From positions 86,261 to 112,412 of the IMG/VR virus record IMGVR_UViG_3300035660_000003: a DNA stretch of 26,152 nucleotides; one strand, 5' to 3'. Every line of letters begins with the position of its first letter. Position 1 is the first letter of the stretch. Shown here piece by piece: positions 8,172 through 17,258 of this stretch. Position numbers and translations under genes: made by a program. The notes beneath the pieces were generated by a model that did no database searches, was not told the origin of the DNA, and saw only the letters and a list, made by a program, of their open reading frames with translations. Source of the DNA: a virus (Duplodnaviria > Heunggongvirae > Uroviricota > Caudoviricetes).

Positions 8172-10261
8172 TTCTCTTTAACACTTTTCTCTTCAACAAA
8201 AGCAATTTTTATGTAATCCTCTAAAGTTTCACATCCAATAACTTTTATTGTATATTCGTTTGGAATAATATCCTGTTCATAGTTTGTCTTAGGAATGACT
8301 ACTTCAGCAAATCCCCATCTTTGAGCCGCCATGATTTTTTCATGTGTTCCGCCAACAGCCGTAATAATTATTTTTCCGTCGATTCCAATGTTGATTTCTC
8401 CAGAAAATGCAATGTCTTGTCTGATTTTCTTATTCTGAATTATAGATAATAGTGCCAAAGTCATTGCAACGCCAGCACTTGGTCCTTCAACTCCATGTGC
8501 TTGAGCAAAATCTATATGAGTTCGTTTATCAAGTGGCGAAAATCCATACATTTGTTGAATTACATGAGCAACTTTAGAAATTGAATGTTGCATATAAGAT
8601 TCATCTTTTACAGCAACACCAGTTATATGGAAATATCCATCCTGTTTCTTTTTTACTTCTTCCATTGAAGCCCTAATTGGCAGGACTGAACCCATCATTT
8701 CATCTGCATTTGGGTCTTTTGTTATTGATAGACCATAGATTTGACCGATTTTAGGTTCAGATTTCGGATTAATTATCAGATAAACATTCTTTTCGGCGAC
8801 AAATCTTTCCAATACTTGTTGATATATTGATTTACAATGCACGTCTATGGCTTCACGGATATACTTAACATCAACTTCAGATTTACCTTCGTCTCTCGCC
8901 AATGTGCTTGCGGTCTTGATTATAGAAATTAATGGTCTGAATTTGGTCGTCAATTTATCTCTTCTTCCACTCTTTCTCCTAGATTCTTCAATCACTTCCA
9001 TACAGGATTCTCTGGTGAATGGTAAAAGATTGAACCGTTTAACCTCTTGAGAGATGAATTGAACGACTTTCTGACGATTTTCAATCGTGTTATCCATGTA
9101 ATTATTCATATAAACTGTCTTACCATAACCCTGAATACGGTCTAACAATGCTGCATGAATATTTGGCAGACTATCTAAGTTTCCTGCCGCTATAAAGAAT
9201 ACCATAGATGGAACTGGTTCGGTTGAAACTGCCATAGCCGCCGTATCTCCACCATGAAATAGACTTCTTAAAGCTATTGGAATTTGTCCCTCTTCAAGAA
9301 CTGTCAAAAGTGTAATTGCCTCTGCACCAGTCAAATTTTTAATCTCATCTATAAATAATATTCCTAAATGAGCACGATGCACGTCACCAGCACTAACTCT
9401 TTGATGTTCTGGAGTTCCTAAACCACCAGTCTGATATGGGTCCCAAGCAATCGAACCGAATAATTGTGCTGAACCATGTCCTGTAGCATCTATATAGGGA
9501 ACTCTTCCAGATGAATTATCAATCAATAATTTAGGAGCATCAGACCTTTCTGCTCCACCAATTCCTTGTGCGGGACCAACCCCACCCATCATTTTTCCAA
9601 ACCATCCTATCATGAAAGAGAAAAACAATAATGATGCTCCACCAATTACTAACGGTGCAACAAAAATGAATGTATTTAGAGGATTTTCTGATAAAACTAT
9701 AATGAACATTGATAAACCTATTAATGCCAATCCGAATCCCCCTAAGAATGTTCGTAGAATTCTCATTCCCCAACGTTGCCAAAATGATTTTTTTCCAATT
9801 TTCTGTGTTTGAATGGAAATTATTTCTTTTCCTTTACCTGCCTGATGAATACTGATTTTTGGTTCTGATGGTAGAGTTTTATTCTTCCAAGACAAAACAT
9901 CATAAAGTTTGATTTTGTGTTTCTTATAGATTTCAGTCATATAAGAAGACATGGCTCGACCAATCAAAGACTTTCCTGTGCCAGCATCGCCCAACAAAAG
10001 TAAGAAAGGTCCAGCAGGCAACCATTCTTTAGGTTGAGGTTTCAGTCCCATAGGGTCTTCAAAGGCTTTCCACCATTTCTTTTGTTTTAGATAAGTTAAT
10101 TTATGAACCCATTCGTCAATGCATAATCGACACTCTTGCATTGCCCTATCTTGCCCAATAATCCAATCTATTAATTGGTCTGAAACGGAAAATCCCAATG
10201 TGTTCTTAAAATCTTTCCATTTCCACTTTTCAGTATTATCACCAAAGTAATCATCAGTCAT
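8159..10261 (-). CDS. lonB: Archaeal-type membrane-anchored ATP-dependent Lon protease (LonB)
   Basis: Walker A GDAGTGKS, two TM helices inserted in the AAA+ domain, GDVHRAHLGILFIDEI (Walker B), catalytic GPSAG (Ser) and GGTHEK (Lys). Start placed at ATG 10261 behind SD AGGTG. No intein. Confidence 0.95.
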   Translation of the reverse strand: MTDDYFGDNTEKWKWKDFKNTLGFSVSDQLIDWIIGQDRAMQECRLCIDEWVHKLTYLKQKKWWKAFEDPMGLKPQPKEWLPAGPFLLLLGDAGTGKSLIGRAMSSYMTEIYKKHKIKLYDVLSWKNKTLPSEPKISIHQAGKGKEIISIQTQKIGKKSFWQRWGMRILRTFLGGFGLALIGLSMFIIVLSENPLNTFIFVAPLVIGGASLLFFSFMIGWFGKMMGGVGPAQGIGGAERSDAPKLLIDNSSGRVPYIDATGHGSAQLFGSIAWDPYQTGGLGTPEHQRVSAGDVHRAHLGILFIDEIKNLTGAEAITLLTVLEEGQIPIALRSLFHGGDTAAMAVSTEPVPSMVFFIAAGNLDSLPNIHAALLDRIQGYGKTVYMNNYMDNTIENRQKVVQFISQEVKRFNLLPFTRESCMEVIEESRRKSGRRDKLTTKFRPLISIIKTASTLARDEGKSEVDVKYIREAIDVHCKSIYQQVLERFVAEKNVYLIINPKSEPKIGQIYGLSITKDPNADEMMGSVLPIRASMEEVKKKQDGYFHITGVAVKDESYMQHSISKVAHVIQQMYGFSPLDKRTHIDFAQAHGVEGPSAGVAMTLALLSIIQNKKIRQDIAFSGEINIGIDGKIIITAVGGTHEKIMAAQRWGFAEVVIPKTNYEQDIIPNEYTIKVIGCETLEDYIKIAFVEEKSVKEKQKF

Positions 10262-10293
10262 GCTCACACCTGAGAGTAGAAAGTAATTCGAAG

Positions 10294-10309
10294 TATAAAA
10301 AGTTTACGT
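10294..10309 (-). promoter_or_regulatory. BRE-TATA promoter of lonB (ACGTAA-AC-TTTTTATA)
   Basis: Consensus match. Predicted TSS ~10271, just 5' of the SD. Divergent from the 10333-10348 promoter. Confidence 0.65.
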
Positions 10310-10332
10310 TGAAATATAAAAAAATCTTTTCG

Positions 10333-10348
10333 CCATAAAGTTTAAATA
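10333..10348 (+). promoter_or_regulatory. BRE-TATA promoter of HNH paralog 2 (CCATAA-AG-TTTAAATA), leaderless
   Basis: ATG 10371 lies 23 nt after the TATA end, the expected TSS position. Confidence 0.75.
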
Positions 10349-10370
10349 GTTCGTTATCTATACTATAAGT

Positions 10371-10853
10371 ATGATATGTCAGATATGCAAAAAGCAATTC
10401 AGTCCAAGTAAATATAATAAAGTCCGTCAGAAATATTGTAGTTTAACGTGTCGAAAAATTGGATTAAGAGAAAATTACCAGCGTAATTCTAAAAGATATT
10501 GGCGAAAACATAAAAAAGAATATCTCAAAAACATTGAAAGGAGCAAAATGAGACTAAAGAAGTTACAATTGCAATATCGCTTTGAAGTTCTTATTCATTA
10601 TGGTGGCAATCCGCCTAAATGTTCTTGCTGTGGCGAAGATAATATCCTTTTTCTTACTATAGACCATATTCACGGTGGTGGAGAAAGTGACCGTAAAAAA
10701 TTAAAAGGAAGTAATTTTTATAAGTATCTAATTGACAAGTGTTTTCCAGACGGATTTCAGGTATTATGTTCTAACTGCAATATGGCAAAAGGAAGGAACA
10801 AAGTTCAATTCTGTCCTGTCCATCATCCAGAACAATATAAAATTGAAGTTTAA
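10371..10853 (+). CDS. Free-standing HNH endonuclease, paralog 2, with N-terminal Zn finger
   Basis: CQIC..KYCSLTC Zn finger, then HYGGNPPKCSCCG..FLTIDHIHGGG..FQVLCSNCN..CPVH. Its stop overlaps the convergent MCM stop (TTAA, 10850-10853). Confidence 0.85.
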   Translation: MICQICKKQFSPSKYNKVRQKYCSLTCRKIGLRENYQRNSKRYWRKHKKEYLKNIERSKMRLKKLQLQYRFEVLIHYGGNPPKCSCCGEDNILFLTIDHIHGGGESDRKKLKGSNFYKYLIDKCFPDGFQVLCSNCNMAKGRNKVQFCPVHHPEQYKIEV

Positions 10854-12850
10854 CTCGTTGTTCTATAGCAGTTCAAGGTCGGTCTCATAATTACTCCTTT
10901 ATTTAGCAATTCTGAGATGATTTTATTGACATAGCCTTCCAAACCGAGATTTTTAGCGATTTGAAGTAATTCGCCGTGAGAAATTCCTGTAGTGTGGTCA
11001 TTTCCCTGATTATCTCTAATAATTTGCAAAATCTGAGACTCTGCTTTTTCTCTAGTTCCTTTACCAGTCTCAATGATTTCCATATTAAATTTAACACTAT
11101 CGAGAAAGACATTGAAAATCTTTTTAGTTGCTTCGGCATCGGATACATCCGCTATTGGTTTGAGTAGAATTCTAGCATGAGCCTCACAAATCCGTCTCAG
11201 GGCTTCAAACTGTCTATAAAAAATTGAAATTGTTCCTTGATTATCGTTACCGTTTTGCATATGTTTTCTAATCGACAGAAAATAATCATTCAAAATTTTT
11301 CTAGCCTCTGGAGAGACTTCGGGTTTGACTCTTTTTGCATATGCAATATATTTCTTAAATAATTCACGGTCTATTCTCTTGGACTTCTCCTTCTCTTCCT
11401 CACCCCAAATATGTTGAATTACTTTTTCGTCAAGAGATTCATCTGGTTTGTCGATTACTATAAAAATCAAATCAAATCTACTGAATAATGTGGGCGGAAA
11501 ACTTGATAGATTATCCAATACGCTTTTATATGGGTCATATCTACCACTTAACGGGTTAGCCGCTGCTATGATTGAAGTTCGAGCTTTCAGGGTTGCATGA
11601 ACACCCGCCTTATTTATTGAAATGATTTGTTGTTCCATCGCTTCATGGATATTCACTCGGTCTTCTGCCTTCATTTTGTCAATTTCATCGATACAGGCTA
11701 CGCCATTATCTGATAAGACCAGAACCCCCGCCTCAATCATCCATTCACCAGCATCATTTTTAGTCATAGCTGCCGTTAAACCAGCCGCAGTTACGCCTTG
11801 ACCGCTTGAATACATTCCTCTTGGAGATAGTTCCGCAGTTGCTCTTAAAAGTTGACTTTTGGCTGTGCTTGGGTCCCCAACAAAAAGAACGTGGATATTC
11901 CCTCGAATATTGATTTCTCGTTTTCTATCTACTCCGCCAAAAAGACTCAATAGACATGCTTCCTTCTCCATTTTATGACCATAGATGGATGGAGCAACAT
12001 TATCTATAAGAATCTGATAAATATCTGGCTGACTACTTAATTCCTGAATTTCCAATTCTTCTTCAGGCGTTATTTCAATTGATTCTGGGTCTTTACTTTT
12101 CTTATTAATTCCTAAAATATCGAGATAAATTTCATTGAATTTGGATTTGACTCTTCCTTTATACATTGTCGTTAGTTTTACTAATCCAATTACTTCTACT
12201 TCATCTCCGCAATTAACTTTATTTATAAGATGTTGCAATCTAATGAACATGGAAATTCGTTGAGGAACTCTACTTGAAATATCTTCATGCAACTCTTGAA
12301 GGGCGAATTCTTGACTATCTATGGCATCGCTTTCTGATTCTACTGGGTCAAAAAGTCGATGTTTGGATTTACAACCATTACATACTTTTTGTGGAAGACT
12401 TAAAGCCAATGGACTTTCCTGATGGATTGGAGATGTTTCCTCTCCACATTCTCTGCATTTAAAAGTTACATTTAAATACATTGGTCTAACAAATGATAAT
12501 CTGTTGACCAGACCTCTCACCTTAATGGTTTTTCCGACTTGTTTTGCTCCAATATTATGTAGTTTAGTAAATGGGATGGTTTTCTCGTCCATGAACCCGA
12601 TTTGAACTTCATTCCCATCTTTCGAATTACAACTTGCAATGGCTATCGCATCAACCATAGCCTTTTGAAAATCATCGAATGCCCCTCTTTCTGGTGATTC
12701 TATTAACATGGTAGTATAATTCGTATCCCATTGCATCATTTCATCAATGCTAAAAATGATGAAGTTTTTATTCTCATCAATGAGTTCTTTAATATAATGC
12801 TTGTGTTCATCTCTTGCAAAGAATTCCTTAAAGGGGTCAATCATACTCAT
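10850..12850 (-). CDS. mcm: MCM replicative helicase
   Basis: C4 Zn finger (CREC..CNGC), RGNIHVLFVGDPSTAKSQLL, AAGLTAA, AGVLVLSDNGVACIDEIDKM, HEAMEQQ, AAANP, arginine finger SRFDL, RQFEALRR, C-terminal winged helix. No intein. Confidence 0.97.
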   Translation of the reverse strand: MSMIDPFKEFFARDEHKHYIKELIDENKNFIIFSIDEMMQWDTNYTTMLIESPERGAFDDFQKAMVDAIAIASCNSKDGNEVQIGFMDEKTIPFTKLHNIGAKQVGKTIKVRGLVNRLSFVRPMYLNVTFKCRECGEETSPIHQESPLALSLPQKVCNGCKSKHRLFDPVESESDAIDSQEFALQELHEDISSRVPQRISMFIRLQHLINKVNCGDEVEVIGLVKLTTMYKGRVKSKFNEIYLDILGINKKSKDPESIEITPEEELEIQELSSQPDIYQILIDNVAPSIYGHKMEKEACLLSLFGGVDRKREINIRGNIHVLFVGDPSTAKSQLLRATAELSPRGMYSSGQGVTAAGLTAAMTKNDAGEWMIEAGVLVLSDNGVACIDEIDKMKAEDRVNIHEAMEQQIISINKAGVHATLKARTSIIAAANPLSGRYDPYKSVLDNLSSFPPTLFSRFDLIFIVIDKPDESLDEKVIQHIWGEEEKEKSKRIDRELFKKYIAYAKRVKPEVSPEARKILNDYFLSIRKHMQNGNDNQGTISIFYRQFEALRRICEAHARILLKPIADVSDAEATKKIFNVFLDSVKFNMEIIETGKGTREKAESQILQIIRDNQGNDHTTGISHGELLQIAKNLGLEGYVNKIISELLNKGVIMRPTLNCYRTTS

Positions 12851-12884
12851 TAGTCTAACCTTACTTATTTTATATAAATCCGTA

Positions 12885-12900
12885 TATTTAAATGTTATGT
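12885..12900 (-). promoter_or_regulatory. BRE-TATA promoter of mcm (ACATAA-CA-TTTAAATA)
   Basis: Consensus match. Predicted TSS ~12862, followed by SD AAGGT. Confidence 0.65.
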
Positions 12901-12904
12901 TGGA

Positions 12905-12920
12905 TTAATCAATTGATTAA
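12905..12920. repeat. Perfect 16-bp palindrome TTAATCAATTGATTAA
   Basis: Self-reverse-complementary. Intergenic, directly upstream of the mcm BRE. Confidence 0.9.
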
Positions 12921-12951
12921 ACGGTGGGCTGCATTAAAATCTCGACAAAAT

Positions 12952-13209
12952 TCAGCCATTAATCAGTTTAAGAATTTGCGGAAACCATTGTGACAGCACG
13001 CCGAGAATACTTAAACCAAAGACTGAAATAATCAGCCATTTTAACCAGTCGATGTCTTTTTTCATCGATGATGTTTGTTCATCTAATTTTTTATGTAAAG
13101 CAAAAAATTCAACAGCTACGGCTTTTTCAAATGGTGTTCTAGCCAGTTTAAAAATCTCATCTGGACAATCGCTGTATTCATCAATCAATTTCTTAAAATC
13201 ATCTTCCAT
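12952..13209 (-). CDS. Small coiled-coil protein with C-terminal transmembrane helix (85 aa)
   Basis: MEDDFKKLIDEY...KKLDEQTSSMKKDIDWLKWLIISVFGLSILGVLSQWF. Start 13209 is supported by its own promoter and a GTGA SD; the longer track ORF overlaps polB. Confidence 0.7.
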   Translation of the reverse strand: MEDDFKKLIDEYSDCPDEIFKLARTPFEKAVAVEFFALHKKLDEQTSSMKKDIDWLKWLIISVFGLSILGVLSQWFPQILKLING

Positions 13210-13242
13210 AGTATTCACGCATATAAATAGGTGCGAAACCAA

Positions 13243-13258
13243 CTTATAAACTTTATGG
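13243..13258 (-). promoter_or_regulatory. BRE-TATA promoter (CCATAA-AG-TTTATAAG)
   Basis: Consensus match. Predicted TSS ~13220, 11 nt before ATG 13209. Confidence 0.65.
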
Positions 13259-13277
13259 AAGGATAATACAATAACAG

Positions 13278-15758
13278 TTAATTTTGATTCATCCAATTGT
13301 CCATCCGAGTTACGCCCAAAATATCTTTCTCGAAAGACAAGTTTAGCGAGTCCAGAATTTGTTCGAATGTGGTGCGGAGATATTCGATGTATTTTTCAAC
13401 ATCAATATCTTCGGTTTTAGCAAGTTCAAGAGGCTTCACATTTTCGCCTCTACACAGTTTTGGATTAACCTTCACAAACTTTATCGAAGAACCAATTCCA
13501 ATATCCTCAGAATTCAACATTTTAGCCGCCCGAACGTGTTGAGGAATTCCTTTTTCAGTTCGTTCTCCTTTCTCATTTGCCTTACCATATTCCGATATTT
13601 CTTTTGTAATACCAACATTAAATGCCAAATCTGCAAGATTACTCCACTTTCTTTCTTTCAAGATTCTATAGTTAAATTTCAGTAAATCAATTATTTTATG
13701 TTTGGCTAGAGTCATATCCTGTTCAGAATTAACCTGCGACAATATTACTTTGGTATTGTCAAAGGCATTCTTGATAATCGGCGGAGTATGTTTCTTTTTG
13801 CCTGTTAGTCCTTTGACATCCACGAATCCATCTTCGAGAACTCCGAGATAGTTCTTTTTTCTTTCGGATAAACATACATAGCGATAAGATTTATCCAATT
13901 CAAATTCGATGTCAAATTCCTGTTTAGCCCAAGCAATTAATTGGTCTAATACTTCTTTAAGCGGATTCTTAATGAAAATACTATCAGTATCGCCGTAAAG
14001 AATTTCCAAACCTAATTCTTGACCGTGTTGAATTGTCTGACCAATAATATGCCTTCCAATTGCCGTAACCTCTTCAGCCGCTGGTGGACAATACATTTCG
14101 AAACTTTCTGAACCAAAGACTCCGTAACTGGCATTCATAATAACTTTAATTGACTGTTCAGCCACACCATACCATGTCTGAAGTGATTTTGGAAGTTCTT
14201 TATCTTTGGCTTTCTTTTTATACCAATTCACACGCAAATCCCGAAGAGACCCAATCAACATACTTTCAAGTGACCTCTCTTTCAAACACATCCAATGCGG
14301 AAGTTCGCCCACAGTATTGGATTTACATTCTTCATGAGGGCAGTTAATCGTTGAATAGCCAATGTTATAGACTTTTATAATCGAGGGATATAGACTGGCA
14401 AAATCTCCGACTTTGACATTGAAATGTATTCCACTCTTTGGGGGAATTACTGTTGCACCTTTATATTTTTTGCCCTTAACTACTGCTGTAGAAGATGTTA
14501 CGCCCTTCATGGTCTTAATTTCATCGGCGTTTGGAATCAAAAAGTTCCTTTTACGATGTTCATAGGTCAGAAAACTTAGAATCCAACTTGAAACGGATTT
14601 TCTTGAAACGTTCTCGATTGGCATTCTGCTCATTCGGTTAAGAACTAGCATCAAGTTCATGACTAGATTATCATTGAATGTGGTTAATTCTAAGGTTAGT
14701 TCAGCATCACGCATACAATAAGTAATCAATTCAAAATATGATAGGTCGTTAACCCATCTACCAGTCTGGATTTTGCCTTTATTAATTAATGCCTTTGAAA
14801 TAGTATCCAAATCAATGGTTTTATATTTTTGCTGAAAAGCATAGATTTGCATTGCTCGAATGAAAAAGAATTTGTATAGGTCAATATGAATTCCCTTGGT
14901 TAATAAAGTAATCCTATCTCTTACTTCAATTGGGATTTCTGATTCTGGAATTCCGAGTCGCAATGCCCGCACAGCAAGATATTTTAGGTCGAAGTCATCA
15001 CCGTTAAAAGTTATTATGAATGGATATTCATCGAATAAATGGAAAATCATTTTGATGAGTTCGACTTCGGATGAGAAAAATATAGTTTGTGTGCAAGAAT
15101 CTGGATAAATATCCAAGACCTTATTTTCTCGAAGTAGTATAAGTGCAATTCGTTCCCCAGTATTCGAAGCCAGACATGCACACAAAATCGGTAAATTGGC
15201 ACTTTCAGCATTCGGGATTTTTTCCCCAACATTCATAATCTCTAAATCCAAACTTGCCCTCTTGAAATTGGGAGCAGAATATTCGAGCAACCTTGCCCAT
15301 GTCTCGAAACAACTCTTGTCACTTTCATTAATTTTCATTAATTTCAGAACTTGTTCAACACGTTTTTCCGCCTCTGAATCTGTCACGAATTCTAATTTGC
15401 CATCCTTCCTTTGGTATGGCATTCCCATCATAATATTCTTGTCGTAAATATATCCTTGGAAAAACTTAACGTGATTTTCATAGACCTGTGGCATTCCATG
15501 AGTTTGTTTAACATATGATGGATATGCCAAATATGTCTTGTTCATTGTCACATTTTCATGTTTAAGAGCATCATATTTAATGACCTCTTCCGAATTTATC
15601 ACGCCTTTAATTGGCTGACTAAGTTTGATACTCGACAAGAAATATGCTTTATAATCTATATCAGTCCATTCTTCGATTTGCTGAGTTTCATCATTATACA
15701 ATTTTAGGCAGATTGCGTTGAGGGCAGAATTGTAGCTACTACTTACTATGTAAAGCAT
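13278..15758 (-). CDS. polB: Family B DNA polymerase, archaeal PolB1-like
   Basis: ExoI DLEI, ExoII FNGDDFDL, ExoIII YCMRDA, YKGA, DFASLYPSII, KVIMNASYG, YGDTDS, KKNY, VKG. PolB1-type signatures HIDLYKFFF..YAF and W....YEHRKRNFLIP. PIP-like C-terminus TRMDNWM. Start ATG 15758 behind GGAGTG. Confidence 0.97.
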   Translation of the reverse strand: MLYIVSSSYNSALNAICLKLYNDETQQIEEWTDIDYKAYFLSSIKLSQPIKGVINSEEVIKYDALKHENVTMNKTYLAYPSYVKQTHGMPQVYENHVKFFQGYIYDKNIMMGMPYQRKDGKLEFVTDSEAEKRVEQVLKLMKINESDKSCFETWARLLEYSAPNFKRASLDLEIMNVGEKIPNAESANLPILCACLASNTGERIALILLRENKVLDIYPDSCTQTIFFSSEVELIKMIFHLFDEYPFIITFNGDDFDLKYLAVRALRLGIPESEIPIEVRDRITLLTKGIHIDLYKFFFIRAMQIYAFQQKYKTIDLDTISKALINKGKIQTGRWVNDLSYFELITYCMRDAELTLELTTFNDNLVMNLMLVLNRMSRMPIENVSRKSVSSWILSFLTYEHRKRNFLIPNADEIKTMKGVTSSTAVVKGKKYKGATVIPPKSGIHFNVKVGDFASLYPSIIKVYNIGYSTINCPHEECKSNTVGELPHWMCLKERSLESMLIGSLRDLRVNWYKKKAKDKELPKSLQTWYGVAEQSIKVIMNASYGVFGSESFEMYCPPAAEEVTAIGRHIIGQTIQHGQELGLEILYGDTDSIFIKNPLKEVLDQLIAWAKQEFDIEFELDKSYRYVCLSERKKNYLGVLEDGFVDVKGLTGKKKHTPPIIKNAFDNTKVILSQVNSEQDMTLAKHKIIDLLKFNYRILKERKWSNLADLAFNVGITKEISEYGKANEKGERTEKGIPQHVRAAKMLNSEDIGIGSSIKFVKVNPKLCRGENVKPLELAKTEDIDVEKYIEYLRTTFEQILDSLNLSFEKDILGVTRMDNWMNQN

Positions 15759-16269
15759 GAGGACACACTCCACTATTTCGTTTGCCCCAATTACAATTCA
15801 TACATAATACTTGATAACCTTCAGGATAACCGTTTTTAACGAGCCAATAATAAAAACTATAACCCATACTTAAATTAAGCGATTTTTTATGTTTGTTTCC
15901 ACCACCTTTTATATGGTCTATTGTAAGAAACTCTATAATTGTTTCGCCACAGCAGGCACATTTAGGTGGATTACCACTATAATGAATAAGCACTTTCACT
16001 TTTAATTGTAACCGTTTCTGAGAAACAGCGTCTTTATTCTTTTGATACCATCGTTTTAGTATCTCTTTAATTTTTTCTTTATTGGCATCTCGATATTTTT
16101 TCTCTCGTTGAAGAATTTTTTCTCGGTTTTTCTGATAATACCGTTTTTTTATTTCTCTGTCTTTTTCTGGATTGTTTTTCCGCCATATTTTCATATAATC
16201 ATTTAATTTTTTAGAATTTTGACGTTGGTAATTCCGCATATATTGTTTATGCTTTTCGATATCCATCAT
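15739..16269 (-). CDS. Free-standing HNH endonuclease, paralog 3, with five 15-aa repeats
   Basis: HYSGNPPKCACCG..FLTIDHIKGGG..YQVLCMNCN..CPH. Its 3' end overlaps the polB start by 20 nt. Confidence 0.85.
   Translation of the reverse strand: MMDIEKHKQYMRNYQRQNSKKLNDYMKIWRKNNPEKDREIKKRYYQKNREKILQREKKYRDANKEKIKEILKRWYQKNKDAVSQKRLQLKVKVLIHYSGNPPKCACCGETIIEFLTIDHIKGGGNKHKKSLNLSMGYSFYYWLVKNGYPEGYQVLCMNCNWGKRNSGVCPHALHSK
15889..15924. repeat. 36-nt exact repeat, copy 2
   Basis: Identical to 7778-7813. Confidence 0.95.
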
Positions 16270-16303
16270 TATACAACTTCAAATTATATGGTAGAAATTG
16301 TAG

Positions 16304-16319
16304 TATATAAGGTTTTCGG
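16304..16319 (-). promoter_or_regulatory. BRE-TATA promoter of HNH3-polB (CCGAAA-AC-CTTATATA)
   Basis: Consensus match; 15/16 identical to the 6583-6598 promoter. Confidence 0.7.
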
Positions 16320-16345
16320 TTCTGATTTTTAATAGTTAAAATTGC

Positions 16346-16361
16346 CCATAATCCTTATATA
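16346..16361 (+). promoter_or_regulatory. BRE-TATA promoter of the GNAT gene (CCATAA-TC-CTTATATA)
   Basis: Consensus match. Predicted TSS ~16384, 8 nt before the ATG. Confidence 0.7.
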
Positions 16362-16391
16362 TCGGCAAGTATTAATCTCTTTGTGGTTTAG

Positions 16392-16790
16392 ATGAAAGTA
16401 ATAATAGAATTTGATTCGGGTGGAACATGTCACCTGATGCGTGACGGAAAACAAATAGGCGAAACATTATTCATGGAACATAGAACCCAAATAACTATTA
16501 CAGATGCGAATGTTGACGAAGAATTTCAGAGGAAAGGATATGGACGGATTATGTTAAAAGCTATAATGCGATATGCTCAAGAAAAAATGAAACCAATTTA
16601 TCTCTATTCACTTGAGGATGCCGTCCCATTTTATGAAGCACTTGGTTTTTGCCGAATAAAGAAATGGACTGGCACGTGTGAGATTTTCATTAAAAATTTG
16701 AATCCTGAGAAACCCAAAGAAAAACAAATAGACGACACGGACATGATTTGGATTCCAAAGGGGAAGAAAAAGGCTACAGTTTATATCTAG
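16392..16790 (+). CDS. GNAT-family acetyltransferase
   Basis: Motif A VDEEFQRKGYGRIML and motif B AVPFYEALGF. Confidence 0.9.
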   Translation: MKVIIEFDSGGTCHLMRDGKQIGETLFMEHRTQITITDANVDEEFQRKGYGRIMLKAIMRYAQEKMKPIYLYSLEDAVPFYEALGFCRIKKWTGTCEIFIKNLNPEKPKEKQIDDTDMIWIPKGKKKATVYI

Positions 16791-16799
16791 GTGAAACGT

Positions 16800-17258
16800 G
16801 TGCAGGTATTCATTAGATTGAAAGTTGGACAGGAAGAAAGGTTATCTAAAACTTTGAATTATACTTATGTTCCAGAGTCATCAATTAAAGTGAAGGTCTT
16901 ACCTGTTCCTGAATTTATTAAAGATGCCGTTTGTAAATCCTGTAAACAGCCAGCAAAATTCATGTTGGAAGATATGACTTTGACCTGTCAACCTTGTCTG
17001 GAACAAATCCTAAAATCGGTTTCAACATTGGAAAAGAAAGAAGATACGCTTGTGCCGTTGACCGAGGAAACCCTTGCAAAAATGAAGTTTGAATGGTCAA
17101 CCGAACGTGAACGTTGGTATTCAATTCGTGGAATTGGACTAAAACCTAAGAATATGAAAGACTTTTTGGAAGTCATTAAAAAGGTCTTTATAGGTGGACA
17201 ATTTCTAGTTTGCGAAGCAGATTATAATAAGGACAAAAAAGAACTCCAGATAAGTTAA
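16800..17258 (+). CDS. Hypothetical protein with C4 zinc finger
   Basis: CKSC-x14-CQPC. Start is probably GTG 16800, 5 nt after the GGTGA SD; the track start at 16791 lies within the SD. Confidence 0.65.
   Translation: MQVFIRLKVGQEERLSKTLNYTYVPESSIKVKVLPVPEFIKDAVCKSCKQPAKFMLEDMTLTCQPCLEQILKSVSTLEKKEDTLVPLTEETLAKMKFEWSTERERWYSIRGIGLKPKNMKDFLEVIKKVFIGGQFLVCEADYNKDKKELQIS

Noticed and set aside
8159-15758. Inteins or introns in lonB, mcm or polB
   Set aside because: Motif spacing is normal and uninterrupted. No C/S...HN-C/S/T splice motifs or LAGLIDADG blocks were seen.
7629-15773. Longer track starts at 7694, 10267, 13296 and 15773
   Set aside because: SD and promoter positions support 7628, 10261, 13209 and 15758; three of the longer starts also overlap neighbouring genes.
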